In this document: positions 1 to 10,223 of the stretch, in pieces
Numbering within the stretch: position 1 is the first letter of the stretch
Layout: every line of letters starts with the position of its first letter
Origin: an uncultured Thermoplasmata archaeon
GTDB taxonomy: Archaea > Thermoplasmatota > Thermoplasmata > UBA10834
Direction: 5' to 3'
NCBI GenBank assembly: GCA_963719945.1
Contig: CAVRDX010000001.1
Location: forward strand, 800,001 to 864,000
Length of the DNA: 64,000 bases
The notes under the pieces: model-generated
Seen by the model: the letters and a program-made list of their open reading frames with translations, nothing else
Database searches by the model: none
Told to the model about the DNA's origin: nothing
Made by a program: the position numbers and the translations under genes

Positions 1-1077
1 GGGCACATGCCATACAAGAACTGGAAGAACAACCCCATGTCCATCGCGGTGGCGGTCAGGGGATGCACGCACAACTGCATCAACTGCGCAGGATCGTGCG
101 ACTCGTTCGCCAGGAACTTCGCAAGGACCAAGCCCGCATATCGATCACCAGACCTACTCGCAGATGACATCGCAAAGGCCGAGGAATACATCAAAGGTGC
201 CACATTCATAGTCGGTGATATCAGACAGCCAGGGAAGGCATATGCATCGAAGTTCCTCAAGGCGATAAAGGAGCGCAACGTGGAGAACGAGGTCATCATC
301 GAGCTCTTCACCCCAGCGGACAAGGAATTTGCTGCAGATGTCGGGAAGAGCATCGAGTCGTTCAGCGTCCAGATGTCACCCGAGACTCACGATGACGAGG
401 TCAGGAAGGCTCAGGGAAAGCCGTATACAACTTCAGGGCTTGAGAAATCCATAGATGCGTTCCTGAAAGCGGGTTGTGGTCGATTCGACATATTCTACAT
501 GATAGGGTTGCCGATGCAGACGAGCGATTCAGTCGACGGGACCGTGGCATACACCAGGAAGCTTTACGATCAGTTCAAAGGTCAGAATGTGTTCCCATTC
601 ATCAGTCCATTGGCACCATTCCTGGATCCTGGCGGGAACGCTTTCGAATTCGCGGATAAGCTCGGATACAAACTATTCGCGTCCACGCTCGAGGACCATG
701 TGAGGCTAGCATCCACACCGAGCTGGAAATACGTGCTAAACTACGAGACGCAATGGATGACGAGGGACCAGATTGTCGAATCCACATACTCGGCCGGACT
801 CAACCTCAACTTCATAAAGAAGGAGATGGGGCTGATAGGGGACGATATCGCAGACAGGACCGAGAACAGGATAATCGCTGCTAGGGATATGATGCGCAAG
901 ATCGATTCCATCGTGGCAAAGGGCAAGGCGAGTGGAAACGACCTCGATTCGCTGAGGGAAGCCGCGACCAGGCTCAGCGAATCCACGGTGTGTGAGAAGG
1001 AAGAGCTGGATTGGTCCGAGAGCTCGATCTATGCGAGCATACCAAGGATGGTCAGTGCCCTTCTCAGGAAGAAGTGA
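1..1077 (+). CDS. B12-binding domain/radical SAM protein (5'-truncated by window edge)
   Basis: RGCTHNCINC radical-SAM CxxxCxxC motif; frame open from base 1; resembles archaeal B12-binding radical SAM family. Confidence 0.75.
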   Translation, partial: GHMPYKNWKNNPMSIAVAVRGCTHNCINCAGSCDSFARNFARTKPAYRSPDLLADDIAKAEEYIKGATFIVGDIRQPGKAYASKFLKAIKERNVENEVIIELFTPADKEFAADVGKSIESFSVQMSPETHDDEVRKAQGKPYTTSGLEKSIDAFLKAGCGRFDIFYMIGLPMQTSDSVDGTVAYTRKLYDQFKGQNVFPFISPLAPFLDPGGNAFEFADKLGYKLFASTLEDHVRLASTPSWKYVLNYETQWMTRDQIVESTYSAGLNLNFIKKEMGLIGDDIADRTENRIIAARDMMRKIDSIVAKGKASGNDLDSLREAATRLSESTVCEKEELDWSESSIYASIPRMVSALLRKK

Positions 1078-1110
1078 GGCTGAAGTTATAAGAACGGAAT
1101 CGCCCATGCT

Positions 1111-1848
1111 ATGAGCGGTCCCATGATTCTGAACATATACGGTTATCAGGACTCAGGCAAAACCGTAACTGTGGAGAAGCTCGTCAAGAAGCTGGTTCAG
1201 ATAGGATACAGGGTGTCCTCCGTAAAGCACAGCAGCACTGAAGATGAGATCGACGAAGAGGGCAAGGACACCTGGAGGCACTGGAAAGTCGGAAGCGACC
1301 CTGTCGTCCTGTCCGCCAAGAAAGGGACCGTGTTCTTCATACATTCCGGATTGTCCAGCGATGAGATCATCGAAAGCCTCAAGTGCAGCCATGACCCGGA
1401 TGTGATCATACTCGAAGGATTCAAGGACTCCGACATCTACCCGAAGATCTCCATCGGAGACATAAAACCAAGAAAGGGCACCATAATGAACAACCCTGAC
1501 CTGAAGACCCTGGTGCATTATGTCGAGCACGAGGTCGAGGTCGAGCGACTGATCAAGAGACTGCCAATGCTCAACTGCAGAAAGTGTGGAATGGACTGCG
1601 ATTCACTGGCCAGGGCAATAGTGGAAGGAAGTCGTAGGATAGAGGACTGCAGGGAGATGCCGTCCAGAGAAGTCGAGATACTGGTCGGCGGGAAGAGGAT
1701 AGCGACAGGCACTTTCGTGTCTGAGATAGTCGACGACACGATTCGGGGCATGCTTGGGAGTCTGAAAGGTTACGAATCCGGCAAGGATGTTGAAATCCGT
1801 CTCAAGGCTAATAAGCAGGCTTCGAAAAGAAGTCCATCGAGGAAATGA
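1111..1848 (+). CDS. mobB: Molybdopterin-guanine dinucleotide biosynthesis protein B with C-terminal Fe-S domain
   Basis: GYQDSGKT P-loop, SSVKH, EGKDTWRH, ILEGFK motifs; LPMLNCRKCGMDC...C cluster. Confidence 0.85.
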   Translation: MSGPMILNIYGYQDSGKTVTVEKLVKKLVQIGYRVSSVKHSSTEDEIDEEGKDTWRHWKVGSDPVVLSAKKGTVFFIHSGLSSDEIIESLKCSHDPDVIILEGFKDSDIYPKISIGDIKPRKGTIMNNPDLKTLVHYVEHEVEVERLIKRLPMLNCRKCGMDCDSLARAIVEGSRRIEDCREMPSREVEILVGGKRIATGTFVSEIVDDTIRGMLGSLKGYESGKDVEIRLKANKQASKRSPSRK

Positions 1849-1999
1849 ATAGATGGAGATGACCCAGCACATCCATACATTCTGCGCTAGGTTTATGAAT
1901 GTCTACGATATCCCGAGAGCCAGTATCATATGGGTCCTTCCGCGCTGAAATCGCGGAGGGATCACAGAGGAGCGGTAAACGCTCACCTGGTGACAACTC

Positions 2000-3157
2000 A
2001 TGAGGAAGATCTCAGAGATCGAAAAGGACCTCGATGCATGCCTTCAATGCGGATACTGCAGGGATACCTGCCCAGTCTACAAACAGATCGGTTGGGAATC
2101 GGCCACGCCGAGAGGCAAAGTGTTCTACCTGAAACAGATAAAGAACAAGACCCCGGTGGACACATTGCTCCGAAGGACGCCGAAGATAGATGAGAAGTTC
2201 GTCGAGAGGATATTCCAGTGCACTTCATGCGCTGCATGCGAACATAACTGCCATGTCGAGATCGACTTCGCCAAGCTATGGGAAGAGGTAAAGGAATGGC
2301 TGATTGACCAGGGCCATGGGCCCATGGAAGCCCATAAGAAGATAAAGGAAAGGGTCGTGGCCAAGCACAACCCATTTGATGAGCCTAAGGAGAAGAGGCC
2401 GGCGTGGTTGCCAAAGGATGTGAAGCTCTCAGATAACCCAGAGGTGGTCTTCTTCACCGGTTGCACCGAGGCATACAGGATGCAGCCGCTCGCTGTTGCG
2501 ACCGCAAAGCTCCTGGACAAAGCTGGGGTCGCATTCACTACCATGGGAGAAGAGGAATGGTGCTGCGGGTCGCCGCTCCTTAGGACAGGGCAGAAAATAC
2601 CAGTGATGCAGGAGATCGCACCTCACAACGTGCAGGAGATGGAGAGGCACGGTTGGAAGACGATGGTCACTGCATGCGCGGGCTGCTACAACACGATGAA
2701 GAACGACTATCCGAAGATGGTCGGAAAACCATCGTTCAAGCTCTACCATGTCTCAGAGTACCTAGATAAGCTCATCAAAGAGAACAAGCTCAAATTCACC
2801 AAGGAGTTCAAGAAGAAGGTCGCCTACCACGACCCATGCCACCTTGGAAGGCACGCGAAGGTGTACGATGCCCCCAGGAACGTCCTCAGGGCCATACCTG
2901 GGCTGGAATTGGTTGAGATGAGGCACGAGAAGGGAGATTCTCAGTGCTGTGGCGCTGGTGGAGGGTTCAAAGCCGCCTTCAACGACATGGCGGAGAGCAT
3001 CGCAGCAGATAGGGTCAAGGAAGCCATCGATGCGGGGGCCGAGCTGATCGTCACATCGTGTCCGTTCTGTCAGGTCAACCTCAACGCAGGTGCCAAGAAA
3101 GCGGGCGTGGACATCAAGACGATGGATGTCGTGCAGGTCGCCTTGCAGGCTCTCTGA
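2000..3157 (+). CDS. HdrD/GlpC-like Fe-S oxidoreductase (2x[4Fe-4S] plus two CCG domains)
   Basis: CLQCGYC..CP and CTSCAAC..C ferredoxin motifs; WCCG, TACAGC, HDPCHLGR, CCGAGGG, TSCPFC. Confidence 0.9.
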   Translation: MRKISEIEKDLDACLQCGYCRDTCPVYKQIGWESATPRGKVFYLKQIKNKTPVDTLLRRTPKIDEKFVERIFQCTSCAACEHNCHVEIDFAKLWEEVKEWLIDQGHGPMEAHKKIKERVVAKHNPFDEPKEKRPAWLPKDVKLSDNPEVVFFTGCTEAYRMQPLAVATAKLLDKAGVAFTTMGEEEWCCGSPLLRTGQKIPVMQEIAPHNVQEMERHGWKTMVTACAGCYNTMKNDYPKMVGKPSFKLYHVSEYLDKLIKENKLKFTKEFKKKVAYHDPCHLGRHAKVYDAPRNVLRAIPGLELVEMRHEKGDSQCCGAGGGFKAAFNDMAESIAADRVKEAIDAGAELIVTSCPFCQVNLNAGAKKAGVDIKTMDVVQVALQAL

Positions 3158-3848
3158 TCGAGAGCCGTCTTAGGACGGCCTCGCTTTTCAGTTCTCTGAG
3201 AGCGTCCGAGGCAATCCATTTCGCAGTTCGGGAATCAGATTCGGAGATTTCCTCCGCAACTTCGATCGCCAACTCGTTCAATCTAAGATTGCGCTTGCCG
3301 ATCTGGCGTAGAGCCCAATTGACCGCTTTCTTGACGAAATTCCTATCGTCCCGTGACTCCCGCACGATGACTGGAAAGAATATCATGAATGATTCGTCGG
3401 GCGCATGCTTGTCATGAACAGAGAGTGCAGCCATGATGACGAAACCCGCCCTCTTGACGAACTCTCGATCTGATGATGCGAACTCCATCGCGATCTCATA
3501 GGCAAACGGGGTTCTATCGAAGAGGTTGCTGCAAACCTGGTCGCAAATGTCCCACGAATCGAAGTCAGAGGTCCATGTGATCACCTGCTCGCGCGTGATC
3601 ATCGAAGGTTCGTCTATCATGGAAGCGAGTATTCGGGCCTCGTGTATCCCTGAACCCCAAAGAGAGAGAGCAAGATCATGATCTCTCGGGATGGATTTCG
3701 CCATCCCCCTCAGAGTGGTCACTGAGATGCCAAGTGTGTCGTGAGAAGATATCCCGAATCGGGCCATCCCCGCCACATTAGAAGGATTCTCCATCGACCG
3801 TAGTTCTTCTACGATGGTTTCGAACCTCGATCTCAGATCCCCGTCCAC
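3114..3848 (-). CDS. DNA alkylation repair protein (AlkD-like HEAT-repeat glycosylase)
   Basis: SWDICDQ, FVKRAGF, FVKKAVNWALRQIGKRN motifs. Confidence 0.85.
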   Translation of the reverse strand: MDGDLRSRFETIVEELRSMENPSNVAGMARFGISSHDTLGISVTTLRGMAKSIPRDHDLALSLWGSGIHEARILASMIDEPSMITREQVITWTSDFDSWDICDQVCSNLFDRTPFAYEIAMEFASSDREFVKRAGFVIMAALSVHDKHAPDESFMIFFPVIVRESRDDRNFVKKAVNWALRQIGKRNLRLNELAIEVAEEISESDSRTAKWIASDALRELKSEAVLRRLSIREPARRPARHPSS

Positions 3849-4351
3849 GGAACTCCCTTATGGGCGCTCATAACTATCTGAGTATCTGTCTCCTTGACTC
3901 CATCGATCTTCAGGAAGTTGTCAATGAACTCCTGCAGCTCGCTCATGCCAACGAAGAGGGCAACGACGAGTAGGTCGTATTCGCCAGTTACGCGATATAC
4001 GGCGACCACGCGGTTGTGGTTGACGACATGGTCGACGACCCTGTCCAACTTATCGGTCACGGTCTTGAGGTGGATATAGGCCTTCACGGTATTCTCGATA
4101 AGTCGGTAGTCTATGTGGATCGAGAAGCGCATGATTATGCCCTTGTCAATGAGATTCTTGATACGCCTTCTGACGGTGGCCTCAGTGACATCGAGCTTCT
4201 TGGCGATCTCCGAGTTGCTCATCCTCGCGTTCTCGCGGAGTTCGCACAGGATGCGTATGTCTGTCTTGTCAATCGGGAGCAGCTTGAGATCCAGACCCTT
4301 CCATCTCTCGAATATCTCGCAAGGGTGCTGGCTTAGCGGAAGTGTGTTCAT
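3833..4351 (-). CDS. Lrp/AsnC family transcriptional regulator
   Basis: DKTDIRIL..L.ENARMSNSEIAKKLDVTEATVRRRIKNL HTH; VTGEYDL ligand-binding domain. Confidence 0.92.
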   Translation of the reverse strand: MNTLPLSQHPCEIFERWKGLDLKLLPIDKTDIRILCELRENARMSNSEIAKKLDVTEATVRRRIKNLIDKGIIMRFSIHIDYRLIENTVKAYIHLKTVTDKLDRVVDHVVNHNRVVAVYRVTGEYDLLVVALFVGMSELQEFIDNFLKIDGVKETDTQIVMSAHKGVPWTGI

Positions 4352-4490
4352 CAGATCCCGGAGTCCCGTAGATTGATAGAGTACTTCAATCTAACGGAAT
4401 TCATGCAAAAAAGCGTCCCCGTGTATGCGTTTTCGTACATGAACAGCACATTTGATAACGATTGGTGATACGAAAATCGGCGAAAACCGC

Positions 4491-5273
4491 TCATTTGCCG
4501 AACCGACGGCCTCTCATCTGATATGACCGCACAGCCCTCAGGAAGTCGATCTTCCTGAAGCCAGGCCAGTACACATCGGAAAAATATAACTCTGAATATG
4601 CGAGCTGCCACAACAGGAAGTTGGAGATTCGCTCCTCGCCAGACGTCCTCAGGATGAGGTCCGGGTCTGGCAGTTCAGCGGTGTAAAGATATCCCGAGAA
4701 CAACTCAGAATCGATGCTGTCCACGGTGATCTTCCCGTCCTTGACATCCCTTGCCATGTTCCTGATCGCATCTATGATCTCCTCCCTTCCGCCGTATCCA
4801 ACTGCGATATTGAAGAAGTAGTTGTCATAATCCTTTGTCTTCTCCTCCGCATACATGATGGATTCCTTGAGATCCTTGGGAAGGAGGTCCCGAGAACCTA
4901 TGACCCTGACCCGTATCCTGTTCTTGTGGACCCTGTCGTCGTCGCCCAGCACTTTGAAGTTCTGCACGAACATGCGCATCAGTGTCTCTATCTCACCCTT
5001 CTCCCTGCTGACGTTCTCTGTTGAGAAGGCATAGACGGTGAGCACCCTGATACCGAGCTCCAAACACCATTCAAGCATCTCCTCGAGCTTGTCCTTCCCC
5101 TTCTCATGGCCTTCTGAGACCAGAATGCCCACCTCGTGAGCATAACGTCTGTTGCCATCCATTATGACCGCTACATGGTGCGGGACCGGATTGGACATGA
5201 CCTCTTTCAGCAGACGCTTCTCATAGGTCTGGTAGGCAGTACTGGAAATAGCTCTTGAGATCTCACCAGTCAT
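4491..5273 (-). CDS. uppS: cis-polyprenyl (undecaprenyl-type) diphosphate synthase
   Basis: HVAVIMDGNRRYA, YAFSTEN, PDLILRTSGEERISNFLLWQ, RRFG. Confidence 0.95.
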   Translation of the reverse strand: MTGEISRAISSTAYQTYEKRLLKEVMSNPVPHHVAVIMDGNRRYAHEVGILVSEGHEKGKDKLEEMLEWCLELGIRVLTVYAFSTENVSREKGEIETLMRMFVQNFKVLGDDDRVHKNRIRVRVIGSRDLLPKDLKESIMYAEEKTKDYDNYFFNIAVGYGGREEIIDAIRNMARDVKDGKITVDSIDSELFSGYLYTAELPDPDLILRTSGEERISNFLLWQLAYSELYFSDVYWPGFRKIDFLRAVRSYQMRGRRFGK

Positions 5274-5311
5274 TTGTTTCGCACCAACTCTATAGAAGAG
5301 GCTTATTAAAG

Positions 5312-6268
5312 TTATGTGTGTCCGAAATCCTCGGGAAGGCCAGCACTGTAAAGGCCCAGGTCAAAACAGCCGATAGCGGCAACCGCTCCTATCGCCCCGC
5401 GTTCGCCTGTCACCTTTATGACCTTGACACCATTCATCTCGGCCACATGTTCTGCATCGTGTATAGATAATATTGTATCCTTGGCCTGGGCTCCGAATCT
5501 GACAAGGGATGCTGGTATGTCCAGACCTTCGAAGGCAGTCATAACGGTCTGGTCTGAGTATGTGTTCTCCGATATGAATTTCCGGCACCATTCTATGGTT
5601 CTCTCGATGTCGTCTGCAAGAACCGCGAAGGACAACGCTGTGGCCGCGCAATTAGTGGTCTTCTGAGGAGCATGAGGGTTGAGTTGGACAATCTTGTGCG
5701 ACAGCAGGAGTCCGTAGGGCATCTCCCGGCCCATCTTCAGACCAGTGACCCATGTCGCCCCCTTCTCCTTAGTGTCAGTGTCGTCAACGCCGATTATCAA
5801 ACGCCTATGCGCAGGAGTGGTCAACCGTATCTCCACCTGCCGCGAACCGCCGACCTGCTCGTCGCTCAGGTATTCAACTTTCTCCACGCCCTCGGCCTGT
5901 GGGAGGCATGCACCCACACCCACGCTAGCTCCTGCAAGGCCCATCCAAGTGGTCTCGACCTTGCCGTCGCGGACATGGAGGGATTTCAGCGCCTGCCCGC
6001 CAGTCTCCTTCGCAGCAGGTCCGAACCGGACTTCGCCCTCTCCTATCCGCGCATCCATTATCAGGGTGGTTCCCTGCACCTCGACATGATCGACAACGCC
6101 TCCTGCCCTGAGCCTATTGATCGCGTCCCATTCCACAGGCCCCTGAGCACAGCATTCTTCCACGATCTTGGCCCGTTTGGACCTCTCATCGACCATGGTG
6201 ATTAGCCGTCTGGCGAACATGCCACCATGCTTTTCACGTATCTGCGCTGGGGTAAATACCTTGGACAT
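5312..6268 (-). CDS. mmp11: Methanogenesis marker protein 11-like (DUF1743/TiaS-N related)
   Basis: GLAGASVGVG, IIGVDDTDTKEKGATW, HKIVQL.P....KTTNC, GAIGAVAAIG pattern recalled for this family. Confidence 0.7.
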   Translation of the reverse strand: MSKVFTPAQIREKHGGMFARRLITMVDERSKRAKIVEECCAQGPVEWDAINRLRAGGVVDHVEVQGTTLIMDARIGEGEVRFGPAAKETGGQALKSLHVRDGKVETTWMGLAGASVGVGACLPQAEGVEKVEYLSDEQVGGSRQVEIRLTTPAHRRLIIGVDDTDTKEKGATWVTGLKMGREMPYGLLLSHKIVQLNPHAPQKTTNCAATALSFAVLADDIERTIEWCRKFISENTYSDQTVMTAFEGLDIPASLVRFGAQAKDTILSIHDAEHVAEMNGVKVIKVTGERGAIGAVAAIGCFDLGLYSAGLPEDFGHT

Positions 6269-6274
6269 TCGTGA

Positions 6275-6955
6275 TCAGACTTCCAGGGTTTCGCCAGGTT
6301 CCATTATGGCTACTCTCGCCTTGGACGATTTCTTGACAAGCTTCGCAAATTCCGCTGGATCCTGCTCGATAAGAGGCCAGGTCCCATAGTGCATTGGTAT
6401 GACCATCTTGGGTTCTATCAACTTCGTCGCAAGGGCGGCCTGTCGCGGATCCATCGTATAGAAACCGCCGATTGGAAGCATGGCGATCTCTGGCTTGTAC
6501 AGCTCGCCGATAAGCTTCATGTCCCCGAACACACTGGTGTCCCCTGCATGATAAATGATCTTGCCAGTATCAATGATCAGCCCAACGGCCATGGCCGCTG
6601 AGAACTCCAGTCCTGGAGCACCTATGCTGGAAGAATGGAATGCTGGCACCATGGTGATGCTGGTATCCCGGACCTTCACGGTCCCGCCAAGATTGAATCC
6701 GATGCTCTTCACTTCACATCTCTCGAGATATGCGGACATCTCGACGATTGAGACGATCTCGGCTCCAGTCCGTCGTGCGATCGGTACGGCATCGCCAAGG
6801 TGGTCTCCGTGTCCATGAGTGACGCATATGATGTCGCAGTCTACCTCCTCGGGCTTAACGGCTGCCTTCGGATTGCCCGTCAGAAACGGATCGACCAGTA
6901 CCTTGTCTCGGCCTTCTATCAGAAACGCTGAATGACTTAGCCACTTTATCTTCAT
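6275..6955 (-). CDS. Metal-dependent hydrolase, UPF0173 metallo-beta-lactamase fold
   Basis: VDPFLTGNP, THGHGDH, YHAGDT, LPIGG.YTM, IPMHYGTW; start chosen at MKIKWLSH. Confidence 0.9.
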   Translation of the reverse strand: MKIKWLSHSAFLIEGRDKVLVDPFLTGNPKAAVKPEEVDCDIICVTHGHGDHLGDAVPIARRTGAEIVSIVEMSAYLERCEVKSIGFNLGGTVKVRDTSITMVPAFHSSSIGAPGLEFSAAMAVGLIIDTGKIIYHAGDTSVFGDMKLIGELYKPEIAMLPIGGFYTMDPRQAALATKLIEPKMVIPMHYGTWPLIEQDPAEFAKLVKKSSKARVAIMEPGETLEV

Positions 6956-7014
6956 GCCAACCATCCCATGGACTCCATGGCCCACTGGCTATTTCTTAGT
7001 TTTGAACCCAGCCA

Positions 7015-7869
7015 TCACGGAGCTGGATCGATAGCCAAGTACCTGCCGACCAGATCCTGTAGACTCATTGCCCGGACCCCATGATCCTCATATATCAACC
7101 ATTTCCCCTTGACCCCGAGGGGGTTGCCCCTGTGCCGGCCAGAGGTCTCCATGAGTTCCGGAGGGGATTGTAGAGGCAGAGATATCGGATATCCTTCCAG
7201 AAAGGTCAATGGCTCGGCCGAGAGCCCGTAACGATCATTGATCGAGGATGCGATCGATCGGTATACGCGCTCCATTGCAGGAGGATCTACGGGGTCGGTG
7301 AACCCCTGCAGCACAGTCCGCTGACGAATCCCCTGTGATATACTGAGCTTGGACGACACATCCTTCTCCGCAGACCGGGCTTTCTTCCTGTTCGGGTAGC
7401 TTCCGATTATGGAGAACGCATCTGCGCCCTGCTCGATCAATCGACGCTCGACCCTTCGGGTGGAGCTCATCCCGATCTTCGGGATCGTATTATAGAACGC
7501 AAGGTAGAGTACATGTTCCCTCTTGCAGAACTCGATGTCACATTCCTCCCCCTCGCACCTGGGCTCGAACACGCATTCCTGGAATGGGATGAAAGACTCG
7601 CCGGAGCATGATTCGCACTGAGGGAACTTGGTCACCTGAGATCCGCCAGGGCATTTGACATGCCTGTCACCATCGAAGTATCCCACACATGTCTTCGACT
7701 TGCTCACGGTCATGGCCAACCGCGGGACGTCCAGCTCTAAGATGCCACCGTCCCTCCGATCGAGGCAGACCAATGACGGTCTGAAACCGTTCCACTCGAA
7801 TTCGAGCACGTGTAACGGCAGGGAATCCTGCCTCATCTCGAGCCAAAGCACGTCTGCGCCGACGAACAT
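7015..7869 (-). CDS. DUF2797-like protein with Cys clusters
   Basis: C.GY, CESC, FCKREHVLYLA, KIGMS, RLIEQGA, GVKG motifs; start uncertain. Confidence 0.7.
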   Translation of the reverse strand: MFVGADVLWLEMRQDSLPLHVLEFEWNGFRPSLVCLDRRDGGILELDVPRLAMTVSKSKTCVGYFDGDRHVKCPGGSQVTKFPQCESCSGESFIPFQECVFEPRCEGEECDIEFCKREHVLYLAFYNTIPKIGMSSTRRVERRLIEQGADAFSIIGSYPNRKKARSAEKDVSSKLSISQGIRQRTVLQGFTDPVDPPAMERVYRSIASSINDRYGLSAEPLTFLEGYPISLPLQSPPELMETSGRHRGNPLGVKGKWLIYEDHGVRAMSLQDLVGRYLAIDPAP

Positions 7870-7950
7870 CTAGCATAACCTCTGACACGATACCTTTTAT
7901 CGATTACGGTGGGTCTACTGAAAATAGGCCTTGCCAGATCATCGGATGGT

Positions 7951-8688
7951 CTATTCCTCGACATCCTTGGAAGGAGAGGAATCATCGGGATCAGCGGGAC
8001 CATGATCGGCATCGCTGACATCGGTCGATTCCGGTGGTGGGTACTCCGACATATCGACCTCGATCCTCTTCAGATACTGGGGGGGTACATCGTTGGTGAG
8101 ATAGACCGTCTTGCCCGCTTTCTGGATCACGATACCGTCCTCGGCCGCGGCATTCGAATCGACCTCCAGTATAATCGGACTCTCCGTCCTGACCCTGCCC
8201 GCATTCACCGCGTCACCGACGGTCTTGCTGAGGTGGACTTTCTTCCTGTCCGAGGGTTTAAGACCGACCTCCAATACGATGTCGACCTCCTCGGCGGTTA
8301 TCGGATAGTAGAGCTTTTCTGGTGTCCCTATCGAGTCGGCGTCCAATTCTACCTCGAATGAGTGTGCATAGGTGGCCCGTATCATGCCGTCCCTGACCTC
8401 ATATCTGCCCTTGTCATCCGTCTCTATGATGGCGATTATGTGATGAGTCCTGAGCCAGTGATATCTCCTCTGCTTCCTCTGAATCGCGTTCACGAAGCCT
8501 CTGAGGTCCACGAAACCCTGTCGGTCCACTTGTAGATCGAATCTCTCGGGGAAGTGCCTGAGAACTCCTGCGAGGGTCCTGCTGAGCCTATCGAGTTCCT
8601 CATCGTTCATGAGAAACCGACCTTCTTGGCCGCAGACGGGGCAGAACTCGGCCCTGAAATAACCGTGATCCCTACATTCTTTCAACAT
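7951..8688 (-). CDS. kptA: RNA 2'-phosphotransferase (Tpt1/KptA) with N-terminal Zn ribbon and acidic tail
   Basis: CRDHGYFR...CPVC, LAGVLRHFPE, KGRYE, IRATYAHS, VHLS; start at MLKEC (8688). Confidence 0.9.
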   Translation of the reverse strand: MLKECRDHGYFRAEFCPVCGQEGRFLMNDEELDRLSRTLAGVLRHFPERFDLQVDRQGFVDLRGFVNAIQRKQRRYHWLRTHHIIAIIETDDKGRYEVRDGMIRATYAHSFEVELDADSIGTPEKLYYPITAEEVDIVLEVGLKPSDRKKVHLSKTVGDAVNAGRVRTESPIILEVDSNAAAEDGIVIQKAGKTVYLTNDVPPQYLKRIEVDMSEYPPPESTDVSDADHGPADPDDSSPSKDVEE

Positions 8689-8869
8689 GCTTTTCCCGAA
8701 GAACGGGTTATGCGGGAGCCCGATAAAAGCTTTCGCTCGTACGCGAGTGACTGGTGCATCTGCCAAACCATCGGTTAGCCAAGATAGTGCGCCAGGACAG
8801 GACTGCACAGAAAGAAGGAAAATGGTTGTTTGAAGGGGTTTGGGGCAAGAGCGATCTGCTCTGACCGCT

Positions 8870-10183
8870 TCAGGCTTCCTGCGGTTCGGCCTTCTTCTCG
8901 TAATTCCACGGGCCCTTGGTTATGAACGCGAGCGCAAATGCGACAAGCGAACCGATACCGACGGCGATGAACACGTACTCGAACCCGCCGGTGATTATGC
9001 CGGGGATGAGTCCGCCGATCACACCGCCCATTGCGTAGGCCGTGAAGACGATGCCGTAGTTGTTGCCGAAGTACTTGGTCCCGAAGAAGTCCGAAGTCGT
9101 AGGCGGAAACAAAGCGAAGTTGCCACCGAAGCAGAAGCCAGACAGGGATGCCAACGCCGTGAATCCAAGGAACTGCACATTCTCGTCCGTTGGCTTGCTC
9201 ATGATGAAGGCCGCAGCAGCGAACAATATTATCGCTTGAGTGAGGAACATCGCCCTCATGGCCTTCGTCCTTCCCAGCTTGTCGGATATTATGCCCCATG
9301 CGATCCTGCCTGCTCCGTTGAACACCGCCAGTATTCCGACGATAGTAGCGACCTGAGATATCACCATGACATTCTCTGCCACTGGATCGAAACTTGGGTT
9401 CGCATCAGCATAGATGTCCTCCAGATTCTGAGAGACGTTGCCGATGTTCCCGATCATCATCAGACCGCAGGTAGCGGACAATACGAACATGACCCAAAGG
9501 AGCTTGAAGCTCTTCGTCCCCATCATCTCTCGCCACTGGATGTCCTTGCCCTCCGAGCTGCCTGCCACCATCTTCGGAGGAGACCAGCCCTTCGGACAAT
9601 ATCCCGCTGGCGGGTTTATCAGGAACAATGCACCAATGAACACCATCGCGAAGAATATGATGCCGAGGTACAGGTACGCTGCAGAAATGCCACCCGAGTT
9701 GTCCACGAAGTACTTGCCTACCTGGGCGAATACAAACGTGCCAGCGCCGAAACCGGCTACCGCGATCCCGCTGACGAGTCCCTTCTTGTCAGGGAACCAC
9801 TTCAGGCAACATGCGATCGGGCAACCGTATCCGAAACCGACACCGATTCCAAGAACAGTATATCCGACATACATCAGGGCCAGGCTATCCGTGGACACTG
9901 ACGATATCATGTATCCCGCAGCGTATACAACGGCCGAGAGCATAGTGATCTTCATCGGACCGTGTTTATCCTGTAACTTTCCGCCAACCATCACGAACAA
10001 GCCGAAACCAGCCAAGCTCGTCGCGAATATCCCTAGCACCGCAAGCGACTTCGCACCTTCTCCGAGCTCAGCCGCCAAGGGCTTGTTGAAGACCGACCAG
10101 GCGTATATGGAGCCCAACGCAAGCTGGACCAACAAAGCGCCGATGACCGGTATCCATCTGTTCATTACTTTCTCTTCTGCCAT
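8870..10183 (-). CDS. OFA (oxalate/formate antiporter, OxlT-like) family MFS transporter
   Basis: GSIYAWSVF, KWFPDKKGLVSGIAVAGFGAG, FNGAGRIAWG..SDK.GR, FGGNF. Confidence 0.85.
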   Translation of the reverse strand: MAEEKVMNRWIPVIGALLVQLALGSIYAWSVFNKPLAAELGEGAKSLAVLGIFATSLAGFGLFVMVGGKLQDKHGPMKITMLSAVVYAAGYMISSVSTDSLALMYVGYTVLGIGVGFGYGCPIACCLKWFPDKKGLVSGIAVAGFGAGTFVFAQVGKYFVDNSGGISAAYLYLGIIFFAMVFIGALFLINPPAGYCPKGWSPPKMVAGSSEGKDIQWREMMGTKSFKLLWVMFVLSATCGLMMIGNIGNVSQNLEDIYADANPSFDPVAENVMVISQVATIVGILAVFNGAGRIAWGIISDKLGRTKAMRAMFLTQAIILFAAAAFIMSKPTDENVQFLGFTALASLSGFCFGGNFALFPPTTSDFFGTKYFGNNYGIVFTAYAMGGVIGGLIPGIITGGFEYVFIAVGIGSLVAFALAFITKGPWNYEKKAEPQEA

Positions 10184-10223
10184 CGTATCTCTCCCGTTTC
10201 AATTGTCAATTCATTCCCATTCT

